Below are positions 1-11,900 of a DNA stretch of 64,000 bases, piece after piece. Location: positions 64,001-128,000 of the forward strand of contig CAVTHS010000006.1 of the NCBI GenBank assembly GCA_963734535.1, given 5' to 3'. The position numbers and the translations under genes were made by a program. Position 1 is the first letter of the stretch. Each line of letters begins with the position of its first letter. Under the pieces are notes generated by a model. It saw only the letters and a list, made by a program, of their open reading frames with translations. It was not told where the DNA came from and did not search any database. Source of the stretch: an uncultured Chloroflexia bacterium (lineage in GTDB: Bacteria; Chloroflexota; Limnocylindria; Limnocylindrales; CSP1-4).

Positions 1-916
1 CGTCGAGGAGCCCAACATCATCGTCCGCAAGGACGCGCCCCGACCCGGCAAGGTCGGCGTCATCTCCGGCGGTGGCTCGGGCCACGAGCCGATGCACGGC
101 GGCTTCGTCGGGCTCGGCATGCTGGATGCGGCCTGCCCGGGCGCGGTCTTCACCTCGCCCGTGCCGGAGCAGATGCTCGCCGCAACCAAGGCGGTGAACG
201 GTGGCGCCGGGGTCCTTCACATCGTGAAGAACTACACCGGCGACATCATGAACTTCGAGATCGCCGCGGAGATGGCGCAGGCGGAAGGGATCGAGGTCGC
301 CTCGGTCGTGATCGCCGACGACGTCGCCGTGAAGGACTCGCTCTACACCGCGGGTCGCCGCGGCGTCGGCGGCACCGTGCTCGCCGAGAAGATCGTCGGA
401 GCCGCCGCCGAGGCGGGCGCCGACCTCAAGACCGTCACCGCCCTCTGCCAGAAGGTCCAGGACAACGTCCGGTCGATGGGCATGGCCCTGACCTCCTGCA
501 CCGTGCCGGCTGCCGGCAAGCCCACGTTCGACATCTCCGACTCGGAGATGGAGATCGGGGTCGGGATCCATGGCGAGCCCGGGCGGCGCCGCGAGGCGCT
601 CCGGCCGGCCGACGAGATCGTCGAGATGCTCGTCACCCCGATCCTGGAGGAGGGCATCTTCGGCAGCGGCGACCGCGTCCTCGCGTTCGTCAACGGCATG
701 GGTGGCACGCCGCTCATCGAGCTCTACGTCGCCTACCGGAAGGTGAACGAGATCCTGACCGGCAAGGGCATCACGATCGCGCGCAACCTGGTCGGGAGCT
801 ACATCACGTCGCTCGAGATGGCGGGCTTGTCGATCACGCTCCTCAAGCTCGACGACGAGCTGCTCCGATACTGGGACGCGCCGGTCAAGACACCCGGCCT
901 GCGGTGGGGAGTCTGA
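1..916 (+). CDS. dhaK: Dihydroxyacetone kinase subunit K (5' end outside window)
   Basis: Frame open from base 2: [35 protein letters not shown] and [11 protein letters not shown] motifs. Confidence 0.95.
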   Translation, partial: VEEPNIIVRKDAPRPGKVGVISGGGSGHEPMHGGFVGLGMLDAACPGAVFTSPVPEQMLAATKAVNGGAGVLHIVKNYTGDIMNFEIAAEMAQAEGIEVASVVIADDVAVKDSLYTAGRRGVGGTVLAEKIVGAAAEAGADLKTVTALCQKVQDNVRSMGMALTSCTVPAAGKPTFDISDSEMEIGVGIHGEPGRRREALRPADEIVEMLVTPILEEGIFGSGDRVLAFVNGMGGTPLIELYVAYRKVNEILTGKGITIARNLVGSYITSLEMAGLSITLLKLDDELLRYWDAPVKTPGLRWGV

Positions 917-1545
917 ACACCGTGATCTCGACAGGCGACTTCTCGCGGTTCCTCGAGACGTTCGCCGCCCGGATCCACGCCGCAAAGGAGGAGCTGACAC
1001 AGCTCGACTCCGCCATCGGCGACGCGGATCACGGGATCAACATGGACCGCGGGATGACCGCCATCGTGGAGCTCCTCCCCGGGCTCCGGGACGGCGATGC
1101 CGGGACCCTCTTCAAGCAGACCGGCATGAAGCTCATCTCGACGGTCGGCGGGGCCAGCGGCCCCCTGTACGGGACGTTCTTCCTTCGCCTGGGCACCGCG
1201 TTCGGCACGGCCACGGAGATCGGCCCCACCGAGCTTGCCGCAGGGTTCCGAGCCGGGCTGGAGGGCGTCATCGCCCGCGGCAAGGCCGGGCTCGACGACA
1301 AGACGATGGTCGATGCCATGGTTCCGGCCGTCGCCGCCCTCGAGGCGGGCATCGGGGATCTCCCGGCCGCCCTCGACGCCGCCGCCGTGGCGGCCGCCGC
1401 GGGTCGCGACCGGGTGACTCCGCTCGTGGCCCGGAAGGGTCGCGCGAGCTACCTCGGGGAACGATCCGCGGACCACCAGGATCCTGGGGCGACGAGCACC
1501 ACGATCCTCTTCGAATCCCTTCGCGACGCTTTGCGCGCCGGCTAG
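904..1545 (+). CDS. dhaL: Dihydroxyacetone kinase ADP-binding subunit L
   Basis: [26 protein letters not shown] and [10 protein letters not shown]...DPGA motifs; exact start uncertain (about 904-922). Confidence 0.95.
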   Translation: MGSLNTVISTGDFSRFLETFAARIHAAKEELTQLDSAIGDADHGINMDRGMTAIVELLPGLRDGDAGTLFKQTGMKLISTVGGASGPLYGTFFLRLGTAFGTATEIGPTELAAGFRAGLEGVIARGKAGLDDKTMVDAMVPAVAALEAGIGDLPAALDAAAVAAAAGRDRVTPLVARKGRASYLGERSADHQDPGATSTTILFESLRDALRAG

Positions 1546-1583
1546 CGCCGGCGCGCGCCATCTAGATCCGTACGGAGAGAGAC

Positions 1584-3081
1584 ATGACAAAGTACGTCGG
1601 CGCGCTCGACCAGGGCACAACGAGCACCCGCTTCATGATCTTCGACCACGCCGGTGCCGTCGTGGCAGTCGATCAGAAAGAGCACGAGCAGATCTTCCCG
1701 AAGCCAGGCTGGGTCGAGCACGACCCGATGGAGATCTGGACCCGGTCGCAGGAGGTCATCAAGGGCGCTCTTGCCAAGGCCGGCATCACCGCCGCAGACC
1801 TCGCCGCGGTCGGCATCACGAACCAGCGCGAGACCGCGGTGGTCTGGGATCGCAAGACCGGCAAGCCGGTCTACAACGCGATCGTCTGGCAGGACACCCG
1901 GACCGACCAGATCTGCGCCGCCCTGGCCAAGGATGGCGGCTCGGATCGCCTTCGGCCGAAGACCGGCCTTCCGCTGGCGACCTACTTCTCCGGCCCCAAG
2001 ATCAAGTGGATCCTCGACAACGTCGAGGGTGCCCGGGCCAAGGCCGAGGCGGGCGACCTCCTCTTCGGCAACATCGACAGCCTGGTGCATCTGGAACCTG
2101 ACCGGCGGCACGTCGGGCGGCGTCCACATCACGGACGTCTCCAACGCGAGCCGGACCCTCCTCTTCAACTACACCACGCTCGACTGGGATCCCGAGATCC
2201 TCGCTCTCATGGGCATCCCGAAGTCGATGCTTCCGGCCGTCAAGGCCTCCTCCGAGGTCTACGGCACGGCCGTCGGCGACCTCGCCGGCGTCCCGGTCGC
2301 AGGCGACCTCGGCGACCAGCAGGCCGCCCTCTTCGGCCAGACGTGCTTCTCCCCAGGCGAGGCGAAGAACACGTACGGCACCGGCTGCTTCATGCTCCTC
2401 AACACGGGCACGAAGGCAGTTCCGTCGAAGAACGGCCTCCTCACGACCCTCGGCTACAAGATCGGCAACCAGCCGGCCGTGTACGCCCTCGAGGGTTCCA
2501 TCGCGATCACCGGCGCCCTCGTGCAGTGGCTCCGCGACAACCTCGGGATGATCGAGAAGTCCCCCGACATCGAGGCCCTGGCGGCCACGGTCGAGGACAA
2601 CGGCGGCGTCTACTTCGTCCCGGCGTTCAGCGGCCTCTTCGCGCCGTACTGGAAGAACTCTGCGCGCGGCGTCATCGCCGGCCTGACCCGGTACGTCAAC
2701 AAGGGCCACATCGCGCGTGCCGTCCTCGAGGCGACCGCGTGGCAGACCCGCGAGGTCCTCGACGCCATGAACGCCGACTCCGGCGTTCCGTTGACGGCCC
2801 TCAAGGTCGACGGCGGCATGGTCTTCAACGACCTGCTCATGCAGTTCCAGTCGGACGTCCTGGGCGTCCCGGTCATCCGCCCGAAGGTTGCCGAGACGAC
2901 GGCCCTCGGCGCGGCCTACGCCGCCGGCCTCGCGGTCGGTTACTGGGCAGAGGTCGAGGACCTTCGCGCCAACTGGGCCAAGGACAAGACCTGGGAGCCC
3001 AAGATGGACGCGGCGCTCCGCGACAAGGAGTACGCGCTCTGGAAGAAGGCCGTCACGCGGACCTTCGACTGGGCGGAGTAG
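1584..3081 (+). CDS. glpK: Glycerol kinase (one frameshift near 2082, likely sequencing error)
   Basis: [18 protein letters not shown] and YFSGPK in one frame; [25 protein letters not shown] and ETTALGAA in the other. Confidence 0.93.
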
Positions 3082-3128
3082 TCTCTCTCGCCTCACCATC
3101 CGGGGCCTCTCGGCGGTGCCGGGGGGCC

Positions 3129-3160
3129 CCGGAACACGTCATCCGGAACACGTCATCCGG
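3129..3160. repeat. Perfect 14-bp direct repeat CCGGAACACGTCAT x2 between glpK and glpA
   Basis: Copies at 3129-3142 and 3143-3156, followed by CCGG. Confidence 0.8.
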
Positions 3161-3260
3161 GCGCACCCGATCCGGGCGCCCGACCACGGAGCGGCCCGCC
3201 AGGGGCCCGGCCGGCAGGATCACGCAGGACACGACAGGGGACCAGAGCGAGGTGAGCAGG

Positions 3261-4892
3261 ATGGGTGAGGCACACGCCTACGACGTCCTCGTCGTCGGCG
3301 GGGGTGCGACCGGGGCCGGGGTGCTCCGGGACCTGGCGCGACGTGGCCTGCGCACCCTTCTCGTGGAGCGCGGCGACTACGGCACCGGCACGACGGGCCG
3401 ATACCACGGCCTCCTGCACTCCGGGGGCCGATACGTCGCCAAGGACGCGCTCGCCGCGCGGGAGTGCATCTCGGAGAACCGGATCCTTCGACGCATCGCC
3501 CCGGCGAGCATCGAGGATACCGGCGGCTACTTCGTCGCCACGCCGAACGACCCGGACGACTACGTCGCCGGCTTCCAGGCGGCCTGCATCGCCGCCGACG
3601 TCGATTGCGAGGAGATCCCGGTCGCCGAGGCGCTCCGCCGCGAGCCGGCGCTCAACCCGCGCATCCGTCGCGTCTTCAAGCTGCCGGACGGCTCGGTCGA
3701 GCCCTGGCAGCTCATCGAGTCCAACATCGCCGACGCGCGCGTCCACGGCAGCGACGCCTGGTCCTACCAGCGCCTGGTGAGCATGGAGCGCGACGGCGCC
3801 CGGATCGTGGCGGCAACGCTCCGCGACGAGCGCTCGGGGAGCCTGACGCGCATCACGCCCCGGTTCGTGGTCTCGTGCGCAGGCGCCTGGTCCGGCCAGA
3901 TCGCGGCGATGGTGAACGTCACGGTGACGATGCACCCGGGCAAGGGCACGATGCTCATCTTCAACCAGCGGATGACCGACACGGTGGTCAACCGCTGCCA
4001 CAAGTCCTCCGATGGCGACATCATGGTGCCCGTCCATACCGTCGCGATCCTCGGGACCACCGAGCAGCGCGTGGAGGACCCCGATCGGTACGAGATCACC
4101 CGCGAGGAGGTTGCCGCGCTGATCGCCCAGGGCGAGGTGCTCTTCCCCGACCTCGCGAAGATGCGGCTGCTGCGCGCCTACGCCGGCGTGCGCCCGCTCT
4201 ACCAGCCGCCCGCCGAGGTGACCGCCGCCGCGCTCAAGGACGGCCGCCAGATCTCCCGTGCGCACACGGTCCTCGACCACGGCGCGATGGACGGCGTCGA
4301 GAACTTCGTCACGATCGTGGGCGGCAAGCTGACCACGTTCCGCAGGATGGCCGAGGACACGGTCGACATGGTGTGCGGCAAGCTCGGCGTCACCGAGCCG
4401 TGCACCACGGCCGACGAGATCCTGCCCGGCCAGGTCCCCGGCAAGACGTACTGGCTGGGCCACCGGCTGGCCGATCACGAGGCGGAGGGCGGCGGGGACG
4501 CCGCGCTCCTCTGCGAGTGCGAGTTCGTCACGCGTCCGCAGCTCGACGCCTTCCTTGACCGCCATCCCGACGCCTCGCTCGACGACGTCCGTCGGGGCAC
4601 CCGGGTCGGGATGGGGCCGTGCCAGGGAGGCTTCTGCACGTTCCGGGCCGCGGGCGTGGTGGGCGAGCGGGCCGGGCATGCCGGGGCGACCGATGTCGCC
4701 GAACAGGCCGACCGTGCGATCCTCGGGTTCCTCCGCGAGCGTTTCAAGGGCACGCGGCCGATCGCGGCGGGCCGCCAGCTGCAGGAGCAATGGATGATCT
4801 CCGGGGTCTACGAGGGTGGGCTGGGGGTCGAATCCCTGATCGAGCACGAGACGCCCGAAGCGTCCCGGGAGGTGGTCGGTGCCCAGCGCTGA
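3261..4892 (+). CDS. glpA: Anaerobic glycerol-3-phosphate dehydrogenase subunit A
   Basis: [26 protein letters not shown] and GGKLTTFR motifs; C-terminal CECE...GPCQGGFC cluster motif; GAGG RBS upstream. Confidence 0.93.
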   Translation: MGEAHAYDVLVVGGGATGAGVLRDLARRGLRTLLVERGDYGTGTTGRYHGLLHSGGRYVAKDALAARECISENRILRRIAPASIEDTGGYFVATPNDPDDYVAGFQAACIAADVDCEEIPVAEALRREPALNPRIRRVFKLPDGSVEPWQLIESNIADARVHGSDAWSYQRLVSMERDGARIVAATLRDERSGSLTRITPRFVVSCAGAWSGQIAAMVNVTVTMHPGKGTMLIFNQRMTDTVVNRCHKSSDGDIMVPVHTVAILGTTEQRVEDPDRYEITREEVAALIAQGEVLFPDLAKMRLLRAYAGVRPLYQPPAEVTAAALKDGRQISRAHTVLDHGAMDGVENFVTIVGGKLTTFRRMAEDTVDMVCGKLGVTEPCTTADEILPGQVPGKTYWLGHRLADHEAEGGGDAALLCECEFVTRPQLDAFLDRHPDASLDDVRRGTRVGMGPCQGGFCTFRAAGVVGERAGHAGATDVAEQADRAILGFLRERFKGTRPIAAGRQLQEQWMISGVYEGGLGVESLIEHETPEASREVVGAQR

Positions 4893-6201
4893 CGTCGTCG
4901 TCATCGGGGCCGGCCTCGCCGGGCTGACGGCAGCCATCGCGGCGGCCGAGTCCGGCGCGCACGTCGTCGTCCTGGCCAGGGGCCACGCCGCCACGCACTG
5001 GGGGCCGGGCGGGATCGACGTCGCCGGGATCCCGGCCGCGTCCACGCCCCGTGACGGGATCCGCCTCCTCGCGAGCCAGCCCGGCCACCCGTACGGCTTC
5101 CTGGGCGACGACGTCGCCGCGGCGCTCGACTGGCTCCGGCCGCACCTGGCGGCCGGCGGGGTCGACTACGTTGGTGACCTCGACACGCCTCTCCAGGCCG
5201 TGCCGACCTCCATCGGCGGGACGCGCCGCGCGGCCATCCTGCCGGCGGGCCAGGCGGCGGCGCTCTCGCCGTGGGCGCCGGGCGAGCGCCTCCTCGTGTG
5301 TGGCATCGCCGGTTTCAAGGATTTCTGGCCAGAGGCGATCGCCGCCAGCCTGTCGCGGGAGCGGATCTGGCAGGGCGGCAGCCGGCCGGCGTCGGTGACG
5401 CCGATCAGCGTGGCGCTCCCCGGGCTCGCCGCCCGGCACAACCTCAACGCCCTCGAGATCGCTCGGCGCTTCGACGACCCCGCGTGGCGCGCGACTGCGA
5501 TCGCCGCGCTGGCGCGGGCCCTCGCGGCCGTACCCGGGTCGGGTGGCCGCGTCGCCCTGCCGGCCGTCCTCGGGATCCGCGACCACGCGGCGGTCCTCGC
5601 GGCGGTTCAGGAGCACCTTCCGGCCGCGCCATTCGAGATGCCGCTCGTCCCTCCCAGCGTGCCGGGGATGCGCCTGTACGCGGCCCTCCGGGCGGCGCTG
5701 ATCCGGGCCGGCGGACGCGTCCAGGTCGGCGAGATCATCGAGCACGTCGAGCACGACGGTCATCGCGTCACGGCCGTCGTGGCCGCGGCCGCGGCCCGCA
5801 CGTACACCGTGCGGACCGGCGCCCTGGTCCTCGCCACCGGCGGGATCGCGGGTGGCGGCCTCGTCGCGGAGCGCGACGGGCGGCTCATGGAGGTCGTCCT
5901 GGGGCTCCCCGTGGAGGCGCCGCCGGTGGACGAGTGGCTCGCCCTCGACGCGTTCGACCCGGCGGGCCATCCGCTGGAGAAGGCGGGGATTCGCACCGAC
6001 ACCGAGCTGCGGCCCGTCGGCGCCGACGGGGTGCCCGTGTTCGACAACGTCCGCGTGGCCGGCAGCCTCCTCGCCGGCCAGCGATCTATCGGGGAACGTT
6101 GCGGCGACGGCGTCGCGCTCACCAGTGGACGACGGGCGGCGCGATCGCTGACCGCCGTCCCGGCCGGGCATGCCGCCAAGCCGGGGAGCAAGCGACCGTG
6201 A
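4879..6201 (+). CDS. glpB: Anaerobic glycerol-3-phosphate dehydrogenase subunit B
   Basis: [23 protein letters not shown] and LATGG motifs; lies between glpA and glpC. Confidence 0.9.
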   Translation: MPSADVVVIGAGLAGLTAAIAAAESGAHVVVLARGHAATHWGPGGIDVAGIPAASTPRDGIRLLASQPGHPYGFLGDDVAAALDWLRPHLAAGGVDYVGDLDTPLQAVPTSIGGTRRAAILPAGQAAALSPWAPGERLLVCGIAGFKDFWPEAIAASLSRERIWQGGSRPASVTPISVALPGLAARHNLNALEIARRFDDPAWRATAIAALARALAAVPGSGGRVALPAVLGIRDHAAVLAAVQEHLPAAPFEMPLVPPSVPGMRLYAALRAALIRAGGRVQVGEIIEHVEHDGHRVTAVVAAAAARTYTVRTGALVLATGGIAGGGLVAERDGRLMEVVLGLPVEAPPVDEWLALDAFDPAGHPLEKAGIRTDTELRPVGADGVPVFDNVRVAGSLLAGQRSIGERCGDGVALTSGRRAARSLTAVPAGHAAKPGSKRP

Positions 6202-7538
6202 CGATCGCCGAGCTGATCATGGATGCCTCGGAAGAGGCCGTCGGGTACACGTCCGACGAGTGTCTCAAGTGCAACGTCTGCCTCACCGTCTGCCCCGTCG
6301 CCCGTGTCACCGACCTGTTCCCCGGACCGAAATACGTCGGTCCGCAGGCCCAGCGATTCCGGACGGGCCGGGCGCAGCCCGTCCAGGTGCCAGGCACCCC
6401 GATCGCGCTCTCTCCCGACGTGACGGTCGACTACTGCTCGGGCTGTGGCTGGTGCACGACTGCCTGCCCGGCCGGCGTGAAGATCGCCGAGATGAACAGC
6501 CAGTCCCGCGCGCGGATGAAGGCCGGCAAGCGCCCGAAGCTCCGCGACTGGGGCCTGGGCCAGACGGACCTCGTCGGTCGCGTGGGAGTGCTCTTCTCGC
6601 CGATCTCCAACTGGGCGCTCGCGAACCGGCCGATACGGGCCATCATGGAGACGACGGTCGGCATCCATCGCGAGGCACCGTTCCCGAAGTTCGGCCGCCG
6701 GACGCTCCAGGCCACCTGGAAGCGCCGCCAGAAGCGGCGCGGCACGGCCGCCGTGCCCGGTCCCGACAAGGCCGTCGTCTACTTCCACGGATGCTCCGCG
6801 AACTACTACGAGCAGCACGTGGCCGATGCCGCGATCGAGATCCTGAAGCGCAACGGCTTCGAGACGATCATCCCGGAGCAGGTCTGCTGCGGCCTGCCGC
6901 TCATCAGCAACGGGATCTACACCGAGGCCCGCCAGCGGGCGCACAAGAACCTCGACGTGCTGGCTCGCTACGCACGCCAGGGCTACCGGATCGTCGGAAC
7001 GTCCACCTCCTGCACGCACACGATCAAGGCCGAGTACCGGGAGATGCTCGACATCCACGAGGACGACGCGTCGCTCGTGGCCAACGCGACGTGGGACATC
7101 TGCGAGTTCCTCCTCGACCTCCACGAGCAGGGCAGGCTCGACACCCGATTCGGCCGGCTCGACGAGGATCTTCCGTACCACGCCCCGTGCCAGCTGCGCT
7201 CCCACGGGATCGGGCTTCCCGCCATGGACCTCTTCGCGCTCGTGCCCGGGCTCCGGGCCGCCGACATGGACCATGACTGCTGCGGGATCGCGGGCACGTA
7301 CGGAATGAAGAAGGAGAAGTACCCGATCGGGATGGCAGTCGGTGCCCCGCTCTTCGACAAGATCAGGGCCAGCGGCGCCGCCGAGGCCGCGTGCGACTCG
7401 GAGACGTGTCGCTGGCAGATCGAGAAGGCGACCGGGACGCGAACGCGACATCCCATCGAGATTCTCCTGCAGGCCTATCGCGCCGGGGACGCGGAGTCCC
7501 GGAAGCGGAACGGGCAGCCCGCCGCCGGAGACGCGTGA
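6198..7538 (+). CDS. glpC: Anaerobic glycerol-3-phosphate dehydrogenase subunit C (Fe-S)
   Basis: CLKCNVCLTVCP, FPGPK and CSGCGWCTTACP motifs; two CCG domains; GTG overlaps the glpB stop. Confidence 0.92.
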   Translation: MTIAELIMDASEEAVGYTSDECLKCNVCLTVCPVARVTDLFPGPKYVGPQAQRFRTGRAQPVQVPGTPIALSPDVTVDYCSGCGWCTTACPAGVKIAEMNSQSRARMKAGKRPKLRDWGLGQTDLVGRVGVLFSPISNWALANRPIRAIMETTVGIHREAPFPKFGRRTLQATWKRRQKRRGTAAVPGPDKAVVYFHGCSANYYEQHVADAAIEILKRNGFETIIPEQVCCGLPLISNGIYTEARQRAHKNLDVLARYARQGYRIVGTSTSCTHTIKAEYREMLDIHEDDASLVANATWDICEFLLDLHEQGRLDTRFGRLDEDLPYHAPCQLRSHGIGLPAMDLFALVPGLRAADMDHDCCGIAGTYGMKKEKYPIGMAVGAPLFDKIRASGAAEAACDSETCRWQIEKATGTRTRHPIEILLQAYRAGDAESRKRNGQPAAGDA

Positions 7539-7543
7539 CGCCG

Positions 7544-7969
7544 ATGGGGGACGACGGGATCACCGAGCGGCTCGTCGGGCTGGTCATCGTCTCGCACTCG
7601 TCGAAGGTCGCCGACGGCACCGTCGAGCTGGCCGCCCAGATGGCCGGCGACGACGTCCGGATCGTCGCCGCGGGCGGCCTGGCGGACGGCGCGATCGGGA
7701 CCGACGCCACCCGGATCGCGGCCGCCATCCAGGCGGCTGACGCGGGCGCAGGGGTCGTGGTCATGACCGACCTCGGGAGCGCCGTCCTCTCCGCGTCGAC
7801 GGCGCTCGAGATGCTCGACGCGGAGCAGGCGGCCCGCGTCCGCCTGAGCCGCGGCCCCGTGGTCGAGGGTTCGATCGTTGCCGCGATCCAGGCCAGCGTC
7901 GGCGACACCCTCGAGGTCGTCGTCGAGACCGCGGACGCGATGCTGGCGCACGACAAGCTCGCTGGGTGA
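7544..7969 (+). CDS. dhaM: DhaM phosphotransferase, EIIA-only form
   Basis: GLVIVSHS (phospho-His), AAGG...IGTD, DLGSAVLS and PVVEG motifs. Confidence 0.9.
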   Translation: MGDDGITERLVGLVIVSHSSKVADGTVELAAQMAGDDVRIVAAGGLADGAIGTDATRIAAAIQAADAGAGVVVMTDLGSAVLSASTALEMLDAEQAARVRLSRGPVVEGSIVAAIQASVGDTLEVVVETADAMLAHDKLAG

Positions 7970-9027
7970 CCGTTCCCGCACCGGCGGCGCGGGCCACGAG
8001 CGCCGGGGTCGTCGTCATCGGCGGCGGCGCCGTGGGATCGTTCGTCGGGTCGCTCATCGCGGGCGCGGGCGTCCGCGTCACGCTCGTGGACAGGCCCGGG
8101 AGCGATGCCCGGGGTCCGGCGGAGATCGCCGTCCGGACGCCCGATGGCGGGGTTCGGCGCGCCAGCGTCGAGCGCTCGGACGGAACCGCCGGCCTGGAGC
8201 GCCCGGGCTTCATCGTGCTGGCCGTGAAGATGCCCGACCTGCGCGCGGCGGTCGAGGCCTGCGGGGCATGGCCCGACGTCGCCGTGGTCACGCTCCAGAA
8301 CGGGCTGGGCGCCGAGGAGCTCGTCGCGTCGGCGCGCGCGGAGGCGCCCCTCCTGGCGGCATCGCTCACGGCCCCGATCGAACGCGAGGCCGACGGCACG
8401 CTCGCCTGGCGGAAACGCCGCGGGATCGCCTTCGGCCGCGTCCGCGGCGAGACGGCCGCGGTCGAGGCCGCGCTCCGGGGCGCGCTCGACGCCGGCGGCC
8501 TTGCCGTCGCGGCCATTCGCGACTGGCGCGCCATGAAGTGGTCGAAGCTGCTCACGAACATCGTGGCGAACGCCGTCCCGGCCCTGCTCGACCTGGGGGC
8601 GGACGCCGTCTACGCGGACCGGCGTCTCTTCGAGATCGAACGCTCCCAGGTCCTCGAGTCTCTCCGGGTGATGCGGGCGCTGGGGTTGTCGCCCGTGGCG
8701 CTGCCGGGCGCAGACGTGCGGATGCTGGCGCTCGGGTTCCGCCTGCCCGGCGTGATCGCGCGACCCGTCATCGGACGGGTGGTCGCCGGGGCGCGCGGCG
8801 GGAAGTCGCCATCGCTGCTGCAGCACCTGCGCGCGGGCGGCGGGGCCTCGGAATCCCCCTGGCTGAACGGCGGTGTGGCACGTGCCGGCGCTGAGTCCGG
8901 TGTGCCGACGCCGGTGAACGCGGCGCTCGCCGCCCTGATGGAGGCGGCCGCGGCGGACCCCGCGGCATGGGCTCGGACCCGGGGCCGGCCCGACGCGCTC
9001 CTGGCGGCGGTCGCCCACGGGCGATGA
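7966..9027 (+). CDS. Ketopantoate reductase (PanE/ApbA) family NAD(P)-dependent reductase
   Basis: GGGAVG, LAVK, LQNGLG, WSKLLTN, SESPWLNG and PTPVN motifs. Confidence 0.8.
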   Translation: MTVPAPAARATSAGVVVIGGGAVGSFVGSLIAGAGVRVTLVDRPGSDARGPAEIAVRTPDGGVRRASVERSDGTAGLERPGFIVLAVKMPDLRAAVEACGAWPDVAVVTLQNGLGAEELVASARAEAPLLAASLTAPIEREADGTLAWRKRRGIAFGRVRGETAAVEAALRGALDAGGLAVAAIRDWRAMKWSKLLTNIVANAVPALLDLGADAVYADRRLFEIERSQVLESLRVMRALGLSPVALPGADVRMLALGFRLPGVIARPVIGRVVAGARGGKSPSLLQHLRAGGGASESPWLNGGVARAGAESGVPTPVNAALAALMEAAAADPAAWARTRGRPDALLAAVAHGR

Positions 9028-9135
9028 CGCAGCGAGACGCCTGGGGGCACGACGGCCCTGCAAGCGTGCTGCGGCCCGCCCCGGTTCGCGTGGATCGCCG
9101 GTCCACGTCCGCCGTCGCGACCCGATAATGCCGGT

Positions 9136-9756
9136 GTGGAGCCCGGACCTGCCCTCGCCGCCGTCGTCACGGCTGCCGCCGCGTACTTCATCGGCGGGAT
9201 CCCGTTCGGGATCGTGGTTGCGCGCCTGGTGGGTGGACGTGATCCGCGCAGCGTGGGCAGCGGCCGGACGGGCGGCGCCAACACGCTGCGGGCCATCGGG
9301 CCGCGCTGGGCCCTCGTGGCCGGGCTTCTCGATGCCGGGAAGGGGAGCGTCGCCGTTCTCGTCCCGCGGCTGCTCGGGTTCGGGCCGGCGCTCGAGGTGC
9401 TCGGGGCGCTCGTGGCGATCGTCGGCCACAGCCGCTCGCCGTACATCGGCTTCGGCGGCGGACGCGGCGTCTCGGTCGCCTGGGGAACCCTCGTCGTCAT
9501 CCAGCCCGTGGCCGCCGCCGCGATCGTCCCGGTCTTCGTCGCCGTCATCCTCGTCACGCGGATCTCGTCGCTGGGCTCGCTCATCGGATCGCTGTTCGGC
9601 GCAGTCCTCGTGATCGGGCTCGCCTGGCTGCAGGGCCTGCCACCGGTCTATGACGTGTATGCGGCCGGGTCCGTCGCGCTCATCTGGATCTTCCACCACG
9701 ACAACATCGCGCGGCTGCTCGCCGGCACCGAGCGCCGGATCGACCGGGGTTCCTGA
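9136..9756 (+). CDS. plsY: Glycerol-3-phosphate acyltransferase
   Basis: [23 protein letters not shown], GHxxSPY..FGGGRGV and HHDNIARL motifs. Confidence 0.92.
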   Translation: MEPGPALAAVVTAAAAYFIGGIPFGIVVARLVGGRDPRSVGSGRTGGANTLRAIGPRWALVAGLLDAGKGSVAVLVPRLLGFGPALEVLGALVAIVGHSRSPYIGFGGGRGVSVAWGTLVVIQPVAAAAIVPVFVAVILVTRISSLGSLIGSLFGAVLVIGLAWLQGLPPVYDVYAAGSVALIWIFHHDNIARLLAGTERRIDRGS

Positions 9757-9916
9757 CGCCGATTGTTGCCGCGGGACATCGGGCTTCCGGCCGATGCGCC
9801 TCGCGTGGAGCCCGGGCGGGTGCGGCGCTGCGGTAGACTCTCGGCGGGCCCTCTTCCTCGTTCCATCCGCACCCGCGACCGTGCCCGCGCCGCGCCTTCG
9901 GAGGTTCCCTGCAGCA

Positions 9917-10438
9917 ATGACGCCGGACGAGCTCCGCGCGAAGATTCGCGAGATCCCGGACTTCCCGAAGCCGGGCATCCTCTTCTACGACATCACCACG
10001 CTCCTCAAGGATCCCGTGGCCTACCGGGCGGCGATCGACGCGATGCTCGCGCCGTACAGGGGCATGTCGATCGACATCGTTGTCGGGATGGAGTCGCGCG
10101 GCTTCATCTTCTCCGCTCCGCTCGCATACCAGCTCGGGGCCGGCCTCGTGCCGGTGCGGAAGCTCGGCAAGCTGCCCGCGGAGACCATCAGCGTCGAGTA
10201 CGCGCTCGAGTACGGGTCCAACACGCTCGAGGTCCACCGCGACGCGATCGAGCCCGGCCAGAAGGTCCTGATCGTGGACGACCTGCTTGCCACGGGCGGC
10301 ACGGTCAACGGGACGGTCGAGCTGGTCCAGCGCCTGAAAGGGGAGATCGCCGGGCTCGCGTTCCTCGTGGAGCTCGGCTTCCTCAAGGGCCGCTCCCGGC
10401 TCGCCGGGCACCCGGTCTCCTCCGTCATCACCTACTGA
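9917..10438 (+). CDS. apt: Adenine phosphoribosyltransferase
   Basis: [26 protein letters not shown] and [10 protein letters not shown] motifs. Confidence 0.96.
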   Translation: MTPDELRAKIREIPDFPKPGILFYDITTLLKDPVAYRAAIDAMLAPYRGMSIDIVVGMESRGFIFSAPLAYQLGAGLVPVRKLGKLPAETISVEYALEYGSNTLEVHRDAIEPGQKVLIVDDLLATGGTVNGTVELVQRLKGEIAGLAFLVELGFLKGRSRLAGHPVSSVITY

Positions 10439-10463
10439 CGCGGGCCCGGGCAGGGACGGGTCG

Positions 10464-11900
10464 TTGACCGACGAGCGACGCCAGGCGTCCCAGCCCGCCG
10501 CGCCCGAAGCCACCAGTCCGGCGGAGGCCACCGGTCCGGCCGATCTCGACGAGGCGAAGCGGCTCGCTCGCCGGCGCTTCTTCCGATCCTTCGCCGCCGA
10601 CGCGATGAAGACCGCGGCCACCGTCGTGGGAGCGGCCGGCGCACTGCGCGAGAGCTCGGCCGGGATGGCAAGCGTGCTCCTTGGGACTGCCGACGCAGCG
10701 GCCGAGCCGGTCGGCCCGATCGTGACTGCCGCGCCGGGAGGGTCGGCCGGGACGTGGCGGAGCGCGTTCCGGTTGGAGCCGGAGCAGGTCGTGCTCCTGG
10801 ACCAGCGGCGCCTGCCCGACGAGCTGGTCGAGGTCGGCTGTCTGTCGGGGGCGGACGTCGCGCAGGCGATCCGCGAATCCGTCGTCCGCGGCGCTCCGCT
10901 GCTCGGCCAGCTGGCCGCGTGCGGCCTGGCCCTCACGGCGCAACGGTCGCTCCTCGCGTCCCCGTTCGCGCGGCGCGCCATCCTCGTCGGGACCGCGAAT
11001 GCACTGCGGAACGCCGCCCCGAACGCAGCGCCCGTCCGAAACGCGATGGATCGGATGCTGGCCCGGCTCGCGGAGGTCGGCAACCTGGACGCAGACGGTG
11101 CGACCATTGCCGCCGCGCTGCGCGACGAGGCCGATACGATCGTCGGAGAGGCGGTCTCGGCACACGCGCGGCTGGCCGCGCACGGCGCGGCACTCCTCGC
11201 CACCGATGCGCGAACGGCGGCCCCGGGGACGCTCCGCGTCCTGACGATCGGCAGCACCGGCGAGCTTGCCGGGGGGCAGATCGGCACGGCGCTCGCGATC
11301 GTGCGCGCGATCCGCGACGAAGGCCGGGAGGTGCAGGTCCTCGTCGCCGAGACCCGGCCGTGGCTGGCGGGCGCCCGGCTGGTCACCTGGGAGCTGGGGC
11401 AGGCCGGGATTGCCTGCGCGCTCGTCGCCGACGGGGCAGCGAGCGGGATGCTCGCGCGCGGCGAGGCGGACGCCGTCCTTGTCGGCGCGGAGTCGATCGC
11501 CGGCAACGGTGACGTCGCGTGCGACCCGGGCTGCTACGGGTTGGCGGTCGTCGCCGAGCGGCACGCCATCCCGTTCCTCGTCGCGGCGCCGCTCACGACC
11601 TGCGACCGCGAGGCGCTCGACGGGAGGACGCTTCGGGCGGAGCTGCGCCCCGCTTCGGAGCTGCTCTCGTTCGGCGGTCGGCAGATCGCGCCGGAGGGCA
11701 CGGCGGCCGTCAATCCATCCGTCGACATCGTCCCTGCGTCGCTCGTGTCGGCGATCGTGACCGAGGCCGGGGCCTTCCGGGCACCGTATGGCACGGTGCT
11801 GGACGATGCGGCCGCGGCGGCCGGGGTGCGTGCCGCCACGAACACGGACCGCGAGAGCGCCGCTGCCGGACCCGCGGACGCACCCGGGCAAGGGGCCTGA
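10464..11900 (+). CDS. MtnA/eIF2B-fold protein with degenerate active site and N-terminal extension
   Basis: [30 protein letters not shown] and [10 protein letters not shown] motifs; several canonical ligand residues replaced. Confidence 0.8.
   Translation: MTDERRQASQPAAPEATSPAEATGPADLDEAKRLARRRFFRSFAADAMKTAATVVGAAGALRESSAGMASVLLGTADAAAEPVGPIVTAAPGGSAGTWRSAFRLEPEQVVLLDQRRLPDELVEVGCLSGADVAQAIRESVVRGAPLLGQLAACGLALTAQRSLLASPFARRAILVGTANALRNAAPNAAPVRNAMDRMLARLAEVGNLDADGATIAAALRDEADTIVGEAVSAHARLAAHGAALLATDARTAAPGTLRVLTIGSTGELAGGQIGTALAIVRAIRDEGREVQVLVAETRPWLAGARLVTWELGQAGIACALVADGAASGMLARGEADAVLVGAESIAGNGDVACDPGCYGLAVVAERHAIPFLVAAPLTTCDREALDGRTLRAELRPASELLSFGGRQIAPEGTAAVNPSVDIVPASLVSAIVTEAGAFRAPYGTVLDDAAAAAGVRAATNTDRESAAAGPADAPGQGA

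Noticed and set aside
1584-4892. Apparent 1102-aa GlpK-GlpA fusion ORF
   Set aside because: Artefact of the frameshift near 2082; glpK ends at 3081 in another frame and glpA has its own RBS and ATG
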